From positions 5,772 to 69,771 of the forward strand of contig JBLNBJ010000212.1 in NCBI GenBank assembly GCA_050259835.1: a stretch of 64,000 bases of DNA, given 5' to 3'. This stretch comes from Ignavibacteria bacterium (GTDB lineage Bacteria > Pseudomonadota > Gammaproteobacteria > Burkholderiales > Rhodocyclaceae). Under the pieces are notes generated by a model, which saw nothing but the letters and a program-made list of their open reading frames with translations, was not told where the DNA came from and searched no databases. Shown piece by piece: positions 28,783-40,030 of the stretch. The stretch's first letter is position 1; each line of letters begins with the position of its first letter. Made by a program: the position numbers and the translations under genes.

Positions 28783-28818
28783 AAGCCCTATCCAGCGCGA
28801 TAGGGCTTTCGCATTTCT
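28783..28818 (+). terminator. Hairpin/attenuator between rpmA and obg
   Basis: Perfect 10-bp stem AAGCCCTATC/GATAGGGCTT with a 6-nt loop, followed by tcgcatttct. Confidence 0.55.
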
Positions 28819-28820
28819 GA

Positions 28821-30957
<2,137 letters not shown>

Positions 30958-30975
30958 CGCTCCCCGAAAACAGTC

Positions 30976-31009
30976 AAAAAAAAAAGCCCCGGCGCTGTGG
31001 CGCCAGGGC
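30976..31009 (-). terminator. Intrinsic terminator (minus strand, possibly bidirectional) between proB and the phasin gene
   Basis: GCCCCGGCGC-tgtg-GCGCCAGGGC stem with one mismatch. It is flanked by A10 on the plus strand, which is U10 after the hairpin on the minus strand. Confidence 0.65.
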
Positions 31010-31046
31010 TGAATCCAGCCAGTAGGGGGCTGGAGGAGGAGGAGGT

Positions 31047-31066
31047 ACAAAAAGGCCGAAGGGCCT
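31047..31066 (-). terminator. Short intrinsic terminator immediately after the phasin stop
   Basis: Minus-strand AGGCC-cuuc-GGCCU followed by UUUUUG. Confidence 0.45.
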
Positions 31067-31071
31067 CGCGC

Positions 31072-31632
31072 TTAGGCGGCCTTCTTCGCCTTGGGCGCAG
31101 CGCTCGCGCCGACGGCCTTCACGGTCGCGCTGGTCGCGGCGGCCACATTGGCCTCCGTGATTTCGGCGACTTGCTTGGCGGCCTTGGTGATCGTGTCGTA
31201 GGCGGAGTTGGCGGCAGCGATGGCGGACTTGACGGCGGCAACCGCGACGTCCGAGCCGGCCGGAGCGTTCTTGGCGGCCTTGTCCAGCGCGCTGGCGACG
31301 TTCTTGTTCATCTCGGCGAACTGCGCTTCGAAGACCTTGCCGAATTCTTCCTGGGTCTGCGAGGCGATTTCGTAGAGGCTGCGCGAGTAGGCGATCGCCT
31401 TGTCGAGGGCCGGCTGGGCCAGCGAGCTCTGCAGGCTGACGAGTTCCTGCGCGTCCTTGGCGCCCATCAGCGTCTTGGCCGTGGACACGGCTTCTTCGAG
31501 GAGCGTGCGGGCGGTATTGAGATTCAGGGCGGCGATGCGCTCGGCGCTGGCGAAAGCGGTGTTGGCGAGCGTCAGGGCGGTCTCGACGTTGGCCTTGTTG
31601 GCGGCGGCGAACTGTTCGGGCGTGTAGTTCAT
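31072..31632 (-). CDS. phaP: Phasin (PHA granule-associated protein)
   Basis: 186 aa, Ala-rich and helical. 'EQFAAANKANVETALTLANTAF...ERIAALNLNTART' is typical of betaproteobacterial phasins. Confidence 0.8.
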   Translation of the reverse strand: MNYTPEQFAAANKANVETALTLANTAFASAERIAALNLNTARTLLEEAVSTAKTLMGAKDAQELVSLQSSLAQPALDKAIAYSRSLYEIASQTQEEFGKVFEAQFAEMNKNVASALDKAAKNAPAGSDVAVAAVKSAIAAANSAYDTITKAAKQVAEITEANVAAATSATVKAVGASAAPKAKKAA

Positions 31633-31721
31633 GGCATGTCTCCGGAGTTAGGTTCGAACGTACTTGGTATTAGCTGCGGGGGCGCTTCCAAGCCAGCGAC
31701 AGAACGGCTCCGAAGCGAATA

Positions 31722-31770
31722 TTGCACTGCAACACGATTTTGATTATAGGGACGGAGCCGGCGAAGTCAA
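31722..31770 (-). promoter_or_regulatory. Consensus sigma70 promoter plus palindromic operator candidate upstream of the phasin gene
   Basis: On the minus strand: TTGACT (31770-31765), 16-nt spacer, TATAAT (31748-31743). About 10 nt downstream lies the inverted repeat TTGCA-g-TGCAA (31732-31722). Confidence 0.55.
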
Positions 31771-31901
31771 CAGTTTTTTGTTGCGGCGCACCAAATCGAT
31801 CCCGATTCACATGCTTCACGTGGCATATCAATTAGATAGGGCGAGACTTATCACGGCCCGCATGGCCGTTGGCTCGTTGCTATTGTGCGCTGCGGTGGGG
31901 G

Positions 31902-32678
31902 CTAGCGGCCGCGGAAGTCCGGCTTGCGCTTTTCCAGGAAGGCCGTCATGCCTTCCTTCTGGTCTGCCAGGCCGAATGCGGCGTGGAAGCTGCGCCGCTC
32001 GAAGAGCAGGCCTTCCGAGAGTGAGGATTCGAAAGCCCGGTTGACGGCTTCCTTGATCATCATGACGACGGGCAGCGAGAATCCCGCAATGGCTTCGGCC
32101 GCGGCGAGCGTTTCCTCGAGCAGCTTGTCCGCGGGGATCACGCGCGCCACGAGCCCGCAACGTTCGGCTTCGGCAGCGTCCATGAAGCGGGCGGTCAGGC
32201 AAAGATCCATCGCCTTGGCCTTGCCAACGGCGCGCGGCAGGCGCTGGGTGCCGCCGGCGCCCGGCAGGATGCCGAGTTTGACCTCGGGTTGCCCGAATTT
32301 GGCCGTATCGGCGGCGTAGATCATGTCGCACATCATCGCCAGTTCGCACCCGCCGCCAAGCGCAAAACCGGCCACCGCCGCGATGACCGGCTTGCGGCAA
32401 CGCGCGACGCTCTCCCAGTTCCGGGTGATGTAGTCGCCGAGATAGGCGTCCATGTGGGAGAAGTCCTTCATGGCCGCAATGTCGGCGCCGGCGGCAAAGG
32501 CCTTCTCGGAGCCGGTGATGACGATGCAGCCGATCGCCGCGTCGCCCTCGAAGCGGGCAAGCGCATCGCCCACCTCGTCGACGAGCGCATCGCTGAGGGC
32601 GTTCAGCGCCTTGGGCCGGTCGAGCGTGACGAGACCGACCTTGCCGCGGACTTCGGCGCGGATGTTCTCATAGTCCAT
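31902..32678 (-). CDS. Enoyl-CoA hydratase (crotonase family)
   Basis: 258 aa. '[14 protein letters not shown]' and '[11 protein letters not shown]' are the crotonase oxyanion motifs. Confidence 0.9.
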   Translation of the reverse strand: MDYENIRAEVRGKVGLVTLDRPKALNALSDALVDEVGDALARFEGDAAIGCIVITGSEKAFAAGADIAAMKDFSHMDAYLGDYITRNWESVARCRKPVIAAVAGFALGGGCELAMMCDMIYAADTAKFGQPEVKLGILPGAGGTQRLPRAVGKAKAMDLCLTARFMDAAEAERCGLVARVIPADKLLEETLAAAEAIAGFSLPVVMMIKEAVNRAFESSLSEGLLFERRSFHAAFGLADQKEGMTAFLEKRKPDFRGR

Positions 32679-32681
32679 GGG

Positions 32682-33320
32682 CTACTCCTCTCGGCGCGGA
32701 TGCGCGATTTCGGGCGCGGGTTTGAGCGGCGCACCGGATGGCTGCCCGGACGCCCCCTGGGGTGCCGGCGTCTCGGGCCCGTTGCGCGGCTGAATGATCA
32801 CGTGCACTCGGCCCGGCTTGCCCTTCGCTGCCGCGACGGTACCGTTCGGGCCGCTCGTTACGACGTAGTTCTCGGTGGTCCCGTTGTACTGGATGTACTG
32901 CCCGCGCACCTCGTCCAGGCCGCTCTTGACGTAGGCGCGGGTGAAGAGTTGCGTGATGTCGGTCTTGGCGTCGTGCTCCAGGCGTTCCGCTTCGCCTTCG
33001 ACGTATTCGTCCTTGCCTTCGCGTTTCTGCCGGAAATGCGCCAAGCCGTTGGCGCCGCCGTAAGCCACGCCCTTCTGATAGCCGTCGGCGTCCTGCGTGA
33101 CCACGAGCTTGTCCGTCCGGATGACCAGCGTGCCGCGTACCAACTGGACGTTACCCTCGAGGATATGAACCTTCTGGGCATCGTCGACCGTGATGCGGTC
33201 AGCCTCGAGGTTGACCGGCTTGTCCTTGTCGGCCTTTTCCGCATGCGCCGCGGAAGCCGCAAGGGCGAGCGCCAGGAGGGTTGCGCGCAGAGCGCCGCAG
33301 GTCGAATCAGTTTTTCCCAT
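32682..33320 (-). CDS. lptA: LPS transport periplasmic protein LptA
   Basis: ATG 33320 (MGKTDSTCGALRATLLALALAASAAHA, a signal peptide). OstA-like fold with 'DKDKPVNLEADRITVD', 'LEGNVQLVRGTL' and 'GEAERLEHD'. Confidence 0.85.
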   Translation of the reverse strand: MGKTDSTCGALRATLLALALAASAAHAEKADKDKPVNLEADRITVDDAQKVHILEGNVQLVRGTLVIRTDKLVVTQDADGYQKGVAYGGANGLAHFRQKREGKDEYVEGEAERLEHDAKTDITQLFTRAYVKSGLDEVRGQYIQYNGTTENYVVTSGPNGTVAAAKGKPGRVHVIIQPRNGPETPAPQGASGQPSGAPLKPAPEIAHPRREE

Positions 33321-33900
33321 GAGAGACGCTCGCCTTCTGGTCCTTCTGGAAGATCGTGCCGGTCGCGCGGCCATAGAGGATGGAGATCTTCGACTTGTCG
33401 TTCGTTTCCATGCCGGTGCCGTGCATCACGGAAAGCCCCTGGGTGATGACGACCGGCGCGTTCGTATGCGCGAAGCTGTCGTCGGGCACGGCGTAAATCA
33501 CGCTCGTCGCGATGTCCGTCGGCGGGTCTCCGTTCAAGCCCTCGCGCACGACATGCACGTCGCCTTCGAGCTTCACGTGCTTGCCGTCCTTGTCGAGCCA
33601 CGCCTTCTTCGACGTGACATGGACGGGCGGCGTGCGGAAATACGTCAGGCGCGGCGCAAGCACCTCGGTGCTGTCGTCGTCGGGGTAATGTAGCATCTTT
33701 TCTCCGACGAGAAAGTGCTGCAGCTTGCCGGTCTCGTCGAAGCGCCGGACAGTGAAGTGGTCGACGAAATAGTCGGGATCATGGCGCTGCTTGCCGACGC
33801 GGCCATCCCCGATTTCCGTGGCCCGGTTGAGCCAGAACGTCCCTGCCGCGAGCAGGCTCAGCACCGCGATCGGGAAAAGGGCGGTGCTGCCGTGCTTCAT
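33307..33900 (-). CDS. lptC: LPS export protein LptC
   Basis: ATG 33900 (MKHGSTALFPIAVLSLLAAGTFWL, a TM anchor). 'DPDYFVDHFTVRRFDETG' is a typical LptC start. Positioned between kdsC and lptA; ATGA overlap with kdsC. Confidence 0.7.
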   Translation of the reverse strand: MKHGSTALFPIAVLSLLAAGTFWLNRATEIGDGRVGKQRHDPDYFVDHFTVRRFDETGKLQHFLVGEKMLHYPDDDSTEVLAPRLTYFRTPPVHVTSKKAWLDKDGKHVKLEGDVHVVREGLNGDPPTDIATSVIYAVPDDSFAHTNAPVVITQGLSVMHGTGMETNDKSKISILYGRATGTIFQKDQKASVSHGKN

Positions 33901-34421
33901 GACAGGTAGCGCGCCAGGACCGTATCGAGTTTGCCCTGCGCTTGCAGCAGCATCTCGCACACTTCGCGTACGGCGCCGCCGCCGGCCGGCTGGCGCGCCA
34001 CGTAATCGGCGCAGCGCCGCGCTGCGGCGTGGCCGTCCGGCACCGTCGCCGAGAATCCGCAGGCCTTCATGACCGCGACGTCGACGACGTCGTCCCCCAT
34101 GTAGCCGGCCTGGGCAAAACCGAGGCCACGCTGCGCCAGAAGTTCGGCCATTGCCGTGCGCTTGTCATCGACGTTCTGGCGCACGAGTTCGATGCCAAGG
34201 TTGGCCGCACGCTGCGCCACGATCTCGGAGTCGCGTCCCGTGATGATCGCCACCTCGATGCCGGCGCGCTGCAGGAGCTTGATGCCGAGGCCGTCGCGCG
34301 TGAAGAACGCCTTCATCTCATCGCCGCGCGGGCTGAAATACAGCCGTCCGTCCGTCATGACGCCGTCGATGTCGAAGCCCATCAGCCTGACGCCGGCCGC
34401 CTTTTCCAACGCGCCCGCCAT
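33897..34421 (-). CDS. kdsC: KDO-8-phosphate phosphatase
   Basis: 174 aa. HAD motifs 'GFDIDGVMTDG' and 'GDDVVD'. Confidence 0.85.
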   Translation of the reverse strand: MAGALEKAAGVRLMGFDIDGVMTDGRLYFSPRGDEMKAFFTRDGLGIKLLQRAGIEVAIITGRDSEIVAQRAANLGIELVRQNVDDKRTAMAELLAQRGLGFAQAGYMGDDVVDVAVMKACGFSATVPDGHAAARRCADYVARQPAGGGAVREVCEMLLQAQGKLDTVLARYLS

Positions 34422-35398
34422 CAGACCACCTTGGCCCTGAACAGGTCGTGCATGTTGAGCGCGCCGACCAGCGTGCCACCGGTATCCACCACGAGCAACT
34501 GAGTGATGCGGTAGCGCTCCATCATTTCGACGGCCTCGACCGCAAGGCGCTGCGGCTCGATGGTGCGCGGACCGGGCGTCATCACCTCGGCCACCGGAAT
34601 GCCGCGCAGGTCGCCGCGCTTCTCCATGGCACGGCGCAGGTCGCCGTCCGTGAATATACCGCTCAGACGGCCCGCGGCGTCGCGCACGGCCGTCATGCCG
34701 AGGCCGCCGCGGCTCACCGTCAGCAGCGCTTCGACCACGGGCGTCTGCTCGGTGACGCAGGGAACCTGTTCGCCGCCGCGCATCACGTCCGAGACGTGGG
34801 TCAGCAGTTTGCGCCCGAGCGCGCCGCCGGGATGCGAGCGCGCGAAATCTTCGGCGCCGAAGCCGCGCGCGTCGAGCAGCGCGACAGCCAACGCGTCGCC
34901 GAGGGCAAGGGCCGCGGTGGTGCTGGCGGTCGGCGCGAGATTGAGCGGACACGCTTCCTCGCGCACTCGGGCGTCCAGATGGACGTCCGCCTCCTGGGCC
35001 AGCGAGGACGCCGCGTTGCCGGTGATGGCGATCAGCCGTCCGCCCTGCCGCTTGATGAGCGGCACGATGGTGAGCAGCTCGTCGTTCTCGCCGGAATTCG
35101 AGATCGCGATGACCACGTCTTCGTGCGTGATCATGCCAAGGTCCCCGTGCACCGCCTCTGCCGCGTGCACGAAGTAAGCGGGCGTTCCCGTGCTCGCCAT
35201 GGTGGCGGCGATCTTGCGCGCGATGTGGCCCGATTTGCCGATGCCGCTGACGATGACGCGGCCGCGGCTGGAAAGGATCAGCTCGACCGCCGCACGGAAG
35301 TCGGCATCGAGCCGCTCCGCCAGCGCCGTCACTGCTTCCGCCTCGATCGTCAGGACGCGCTTCGCCATCGCGATGGCGCGGGAAGAGTCTGGAGTCAT
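34421..35398 (-). CDS. kdsD: Arabinose-5-phosphate isomerase (SIS + tandem CBS)
   Basis: 'VSGIGKSGHIARKIAATMASTGTPA', 'SNSGE', and two C-terminal CBS repeats. Confidence 0.9.
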   Translation of the reverse strand: MTPDSSRAIAMAKRVLTIEAEAVTALAERLDADFRAAVELILSSRGRVIVSGIGKSGHIARKIAATMASTGTPAYFVHAAEAVHGDLGMITHEDVVIAISNSGENDELLTIVPLIKRQGGRLIAITGNAASSLAQEADVHLDARVREEACPLNLAPTASTTAALALGDALAVALLDARGFGAEDFARSHPGGALGRKLLTHVSDVMRGGEQVPCVTEQTPVVEALLTVSRGGLGMTAVRDAAGRLSGIFTDGDLRRAMEKRGDLRGIPVAEVMTPGPRTIEPQRLAVEAVEMMERYRITQLLVVDTGGTLVGALNMHDLFRAKVV

Positions 35399-35443
35399 GG
35401 GGCTATCGTTTATGATTGCCTGGAATTATAACGTCTGCCCTTC

Positions 35444-37435
35444 ATGAACACCCTGCAACTCGTCCTGCTGCTGCTTGGCGCATCGGTCGTCGTGGTCGCG
35501 GTGTTCCGGGCGCTCAGCCTGCCCCCGATCCTGGGCTATCTGCTGGTCGGCGCGCTCACCGGCCCGCATGCCTTCGGCCTGCTGCCCGCGGACGAAGGGG
35601 CCCGCCAGCTGGCCGAGTTCGGCGTCGTGTTCCTGATGTTCACCATCGGACTCGAATTCTCGCTGCCGCGGCTGTTCGCGATGAAGCGCATCGTGTTCGG
35701 GCTCGGCATGGCGCAGATCGTCGCCACCATGGGTGCCACGGCGGTCGTCGCGGTGGCTTTCGGCCTTTCCTGGTTCGCCGGCATCGCGCTCGGCGGCCTG
35801 CTGGCGATGTCCTCGACGGCGATACTCTCCAAGCTGCTGGCCGAGCGCATCGAGCTCGATTCGCCGCACGGCCGCGAGGTGATGGGCGTGCTGCTGTTCC
35901 AGGACCTCGCCGTGGTGCCGTTGCTGATCGTCATCCCGGCGCTGTCCGAGTCCGTCAAGGAGCTGGCGCGCGAACTGGCCGTCGCCGGCATCAAGGCGAG
36001 CGTCGTGCTGAGCCTGGTTCTGTTCCTCGGGCAGCGCCTGATGGGCGCGTGGTTCTACGTCGTGGCGCGGCGCAAGTCGGGCGAGCTCTTCATGCTCAAC
36101 GTGCTGCTGGTGACGCTCGCGCTGGCCTGGCTGACCGAGCTGGCCGGCCTGTCGCTCGCGCTCGGCGCCTTCATCGCCGGCATGCTGATCTCGGAGACGG
36201 AGTTCCGCTACCAGGTGGAGGAGGACATCAAGCCCTTCCGCGACGTGCTGCTGGGCCTGTTCTTCATCTCCATCGGCATGATGCTCGACCTGCATGCGCT
36301 GGTCCAGAACTGGCAGCAGGTCCTGCTCGTGCTGGCACTGCTCCTGTTCGGCAAGCTCGCCGTCACGACTTTGCTGTCGCGGGTGTTCGGCGCTTCGCCC
36401 GGCACCGCCCTGCGCACCGGCCTGTGGCTGTGCGGCGGCGGCGAATTCGGCTTCGTGCTGCTGGCGGAAGCATCCAACGCCGGCGTGCTGGGCGGCCAGG
36501 TGGTGCAGCCGGTGCTCGCCGCGCTGGTGCTCTCGCTGGTGCTGGCCCCGCTGATCGTGCAATTCTCCGATCGCATCGTGCTGCGCTTCGTCGCCTCGGA
36601 ATGGCTGCTGCGCTCGATGCAGCTCACGCAGATCGCAGCCCGCACGGTAACCGCCGAGAAGCACGCCATCCTCTGCGGCTATGGACGCACGGGACAGCAC
36701 CTGGCGCGCTTCCTGGAAAGCGAAGGCATTTCCTATGTGGCGCTGGACAACGATCCCGAGCGGGTGCACGCGGCCGCCGCCGCCGGCGAGCCGGTGGTGT
36801 TCGGCGACTGCACGCGCAGCGAGATCCTGCTCGCCGCCGGCCTCAAGCGTGCCAGCGTCGTGGTCGTCACCTTCGCGGACCTCGATGCCTCGCTGCGCAC
36901 GCTCGACCGGCTGCGCAGCATCCGCAGCGACATCCCCATCGTGGCCCGCTCGCGCGAGCAGGACGATGCCGAACGCCTGTTCGCGGCGGGCGCCGCGGAG
37001 GTGGTGCCCGAGGCGCTGGAATCGAGCGTGATGCTCGCCACCCATGCGCTGGCCCTGCTCGGCGTGCCGTTGCACCGCGTCATCAAGCGCCTGCGCGAAC
37101 TGCGCGAGAAGCACTACGAGTTGCTGCGCGGATTTTTCGTCGGCGCCAGCGACGCCGGCGACCACCTGCACGATGCGCAGCAGCCTCGACTGCGCGCTGT
37201 CTCGATCGCCCCGGGCGCCTATGCGGTCGGCCGCACGCTAGCGGAGCTGCAACTGGAAGCGCTCGGCGCCCGCGTCTCGGCCGTGCGGCGGCGCAGCCGG
37301 CCGGGGCTGGCGGCGGAACCTGAACTTGCGCTCGAAGCCGACGACGTGGTCGTCCTGCTCGGCATGCGCGAAGCCCTGACGAAGTGCGAGGAGCAGCTGT
37401 TGCGTGGCGGTCAGAAGCCCATGCAGAGCGTGTAG
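35444..37435 (+). CDS. CPA2 monovalent cation:proton antiporter / K+ efflux protein with RCK (TrkA-N, TrkA-C) domains
   Basis: 663 aa. 12-13 TM helices, then 'ILCGYGRTGQHLARFL' (Rossmann fold) and a TrkA-C-like tail. Resembles KefB/YbaL. Confidence 0.85.
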   Translation: MNTLQLVLLLLGASVVVVAVFRALSLPPILGYLLVGALTGPHAFGLLPADEGARQLAEFGVVFLMFTIGLEFSLPRLFAMKRIVFGLGMAQIVATMGATAVVAVAFGLSWFAGIALGGLLAMSSTAILSKLLAERIELDSPHGREVMGVLLFQDLAVVPLLIVIPALSESVKELARELAVAGIKASVVLSLVLFLGQRLMGAWFYVVARRKSGELFMLNVLLVTLALAWLTELAGLSLALGAFIAGMLISETEFRYQVEEDIKPFRDVLLGLFFISIGMMLDLHALVQNWQQVLLVLALLLFGKLAVTTLLSRVFGASPGTALRTGLWLCGGGEFGFVLLAEASNAGVLGGQVVQPVLAALVLSLVLAPLIVQFSDRIVLRFVASEWLLRSMQLTQIAARTVTAEKHAILCGYGRTGQHLARFLESEGISYVALDNDPERVHAAAAAGEPVVFGDCTRSEILLAAGLKRASVVVVTFADLDASLRTLDRLRSIRSDIPIVARSREQDDAERLFAAGAAEVVPEALESSVMLATHALALLGVPLHRVIKRLRELREKHYELLRGFFVGASDAGDHLHDAQQPRLRAVSIAPGAYAVGRTLAELQLEALGARVSAVRRRSRPGLAAEPELALEADDVVVLLGMREALTKCEEQLLRGGQKPMQSV

Positions 37436-38082
37436 GGCGCGTCGTTGTCGATGCCGTTGGCCCCAGCGGCCGGAACGCCGGCCGTCGCGCTTGCCGCTGC
37501 GGCCGGCATTGCCTGGATCACCCCCGTCGCCGGGTTGCCGTCATCGAGGGCGATGTCGATCTGCTTGGCGAACTTTCCCGCAATGCCGCGCGAACAGACG
37601 AAGTGCGTTCCGCGCAGCGTCGCGATCGGCGCGATGCCGCTGATGCCGATCTGCCCGCCCACGGCGTTGCGCGGCAGGTAATCGGGATCGGCGACGTCCG
37701 TGGGGCCGGCGGCCAGGCCGCCCAGTCGCACCTGCTGCCAGAAGCGGAACGACTCGTCGCCGCGCGCCGAACTGTTCCAGACGCCCTCGATGATGCCGTT
37801 GCCCTGCACCTGGTCGGCGCTCGTCGCCTTGCAGCCGGCCGGGCAAAGCTTGGCGCCGAGATGCGCGTCGGCAGCGGCGTCGTCGCCGGGAATCGCCTTG
37901 AATTTGTCCTGGTAGGCGTAGACGTAGAGCGGCACGTTGCGGAAATCGGCCGCCAGGTTCTTCGCCTTGGCGTTGTCGATCAGTTCCTGCCCCTTCATCA
38001 CGCCGCCGAGCAACAGGCCGATGATGATCAGCACGATGGCGATCTCGACGAGCGTGAAACCGGTCTGTGTCCTTGTTGCCAT
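37411..38082 (-). CDS. Prepilin-type protein (candidate major pilin/pseudopilin of the MSHA-like system)
   Basis: 223 aa. Class III signal 'MATRTQTG/FTLVEIAIVLIIIGLLLGG' (Gly-1, Phe+1, Glu+5). GGAGGAAAT RBS. The 3' end overlaps the convergent CPA2 gene by 25 nt. Confidence 0.8.
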   Translation of the reverse strand: MATRTQTGFTLVEIAIVLIIIGLLLGGVMKGQELIDNAKAKNLAADFRNVPLYVYAYQDKFKAIPGDDAAADAHLGAKLCPAGCKATSADQVQGNGIIEGVWNSSARGDESFRFWQQVRLGGLAAGPTDVADPDYLPRNAVGGQIGISGIAPIATLRGTHFVCSRGIAGKFAKQIDIALDDGNPATGVIQAMPAAAASATAGVPAAGANGIDNDAPYTLCMGF

Positions 38083-38123
38083 ATTTCCTCCGTCAGAAAT
38101 ATATCCGTTCTGCCTGCGGCGCG

Positions 38124-38927
38124 TCAGGGAAGCATCCCGGCCGCCACCATTCGCTGCATCAGGATGGGGATCGGCACCCAGGCGAACTGGTCGTCGATGC
38201 TGGCGCTGCTGACGAAGGTGTCGTCACCGTCCGCGTTCTCGAGTTCGTCGGCGTCTGCCGCGCCGCTCGCGAGGCGCGTGCCTTGCGGCGTGAAGGCGCC
38301 GGCCCCGTTGCGCCCGTGCGAGACCACCAGCGCCGGCACACCGCCGCTCACCAGACTCGCGCCGCCCGCCGCCGCCGTGCGCAGATCGACGCTGCCCGGC
38401 GAGCACAGGGCGAAGCCGGCGAATTGCGGATTCATGCTGACGGCGCAACCGAAGGTGTCCTGACCGCGATCGCGGCCGTACAGGGTGCTGACGGCGTAGG
38501 TGTAGCGGCGGCCCCAGGCGTCTGTTTCCGGCAGCGCGAGGCTGGCCCAGGGCAGGACCCCGACGGCCGTCGTTCCCGCGCAGGGAGCACCGGCGGCGCT
38601 TGCCGCGTTACCCCCGCCGGCGCAACTGCATGCGCCGTTCTGGCGTGCCTCGAGGCCGGCGCTGGCGTTGCCGCTGGGCGTCAAAGCCGGCGCCGGGCAG
38701 GGCAGCCGGCCCTTCACCAGCGCAAAGCCGATCAAGGCTTCGCGGATGTCGGCAAGCGCCCGGTCGGTTTCCCGCCGCGCCTTGATCTCGGTCTGCGCGG
38801 TCAATGGCACCATCAGGCCGCCGAGCAGGAGCCCCATGACGACGAGCGCCACCGCCAGTTCGACCAGGTTGAAGCCGCCCTGGGGACTGCGCCTCGCGGT
38901 CTTGCGGCAGGCTACGGCGCCAGACAT
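38124..38927 (-). CDS. Prepilin-type minor pseudopilin with Cys-rich globular domain
   Basis: ATG 38927. 'QGG/FNLVELAVALVVMGLLLGG' is the class III signal. 'GRLPCPAP' and 'GVLPWASLALPETDAWG' motifs are present. Confidence 0.7.
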   Translation of the reverse strand: MSGAVACRKTARRSPQGGFNLVELAVALVVMGLLLGGLMVPLTAQTEIKARRETDRALADIREALIGFALVKGRLPCPAPALTPSGNASAGLEARQNGACSCAGGGNAASAAGAPCAGTTAVGVLPWASLALPETDAWGRRYTYAVSTLYGRDRGQDTFGCAVSMNPQFAGFALCSPGSVDLRTAAAGGASLVSGGVPALVVSHGRNGAGAFTPQGTRLASGAADADELENADGDDTFVSSASIDDQFAWVPIPILMQRMVAAGMLP

Positions 38928-40030
38928 AGGACCATGTCGGCTGCGCGCGCGACGGCCGAGGAATTGTCGAAGAGGGCTGCCTCGGCGGCGCACGGTTCGG
39001 ACGTACTGCCCTGAATCCACGCGAGCGCCGCTTCGAAGTAATCCGCCGGCGAACGCTGAGAGCTCGGTCGCGGCGCGCCGCTGCGCGCACGGCCGCCGAA
39101 CAGCAGCACGGCATTGTGGCGATCGCCGGCGCCATCGAGATAGCAGCCGGCCTTCGCGCAGCGCACATAGCGGAATTGGTCCTTCCAGCCCTCGTAGAAG
39201 CTGTAGCTCGAGGTCTGGCGGCCGAAGGGATTGGCGGGCAGCGCGTTCCCGGCGGTGTTGCGCTGGGTGCCGAGCTTCGAGCGGACCGCGGCGATGCCTT
39301 CGCTCATGAAGGACGCAAAGTCGGCGCGCTTGACGACCGCGTCGAAGATCTCCCTGGAACCGATCGGCACGACACGGTCGTTCGCGACAGGCATGCCGTT
39401 GCCATCGCTGATCACGCCGTCGACGAAGGCCGCATTGTCGCGCTCGACATAGTTGCCGGCGTCGGACGCCGAACTGCTGGTGCGGCGCTGGCCGGAGAGC
39501 GCAGGGCCGGGCGCGATGACGACGGCCGCTGCGCCGCCGGTGGAGTCGTCGGGAGCCGCGAGCACCGAGCCCTCGGCCGAGCGCACAGTGAGTTGCCCTT
39601 GCGTGTCCCAGTTGAAGGGGAAGCTCTTGGGATTCGTCTTGAACGAGCCCGACACCGCGTACCAGAGCAGGTTGCCGTCCGCGTCGCGCAATTCGGGCAG
39701 GCCGAGTGTCTTGTAGGGCAGCAAGCCGATGGCGACCGCGCCGGACTTGCCGCAAGGCGTCTGCTCGACGCCCTGGCCTGCGGCGTCGGGACAGGGCAGA
39801 TGGCCGAAGTTCTCGGTGGGATGAACGTCCCGGTAGGCGACGGCGTACCCGAGCAGGGCCGTCTTGGCCAGTTGCAGCGTGGCGCCGGTTTCGCGGGTGC
39901 GGCGCGCCCGTTCCGCGGTTGCGTCGAAGCGATCCAGCATTCCCGCGAGGCCCGCCGCCGTCGCCGCGAGCACGACCACCAGCAGGGCATGGCCGCCCTG
40001 ACGGCCGCGCTCAGTGCGGGTCTTCGCCAT
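38912..40030 (-). CDS. Pilus-associated hypothetical protein, paralogous to 38124..38927 but with a non-canonical leader
   Basis: ATG 40030 (MAKTRTERGRQGGHALLVVVLAATAAG); ATG 40060 is an alternative. Shares 'GHLPCPD' and 'GLLPYKTLGLPELRDADG..WYAVS' with the neighbouring pseudopilin. There is no Glu at +5. Confidence 0.55.
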   Translation of the reverse strand: MAKTRTERGRQGGHALLVVVLAATAAGLAGMLDRFDATAERARRTRETGATLQLAKTALLGYAVAYRDVHPTENFGHLPCPDAAGQGVEQTPCGKSGAVAIGLLPYKTLGLPELRDADGNLLWYAVSGSFKTNPKSFPFNWDTQGQLTVRSAEGSVLAAPDDSTGGAAAVVIAPGPALSGQRRTSSSASDAGNYVERDNAAFVDGVISDGNGMPVANDRVVPIGSREIFDAVVKRADFASFMSEGIAAVRSKLGTQRNTAGNALPANPFGRQTSSYSFYEGWKDQFRYVRCAKAGCYLDGAGDRHNAVLLFGGRARSGAPRPSSQRSPADYFEAALAWIQGSTSEPCAAEAALFDNSSAVARAADMVLCLAP

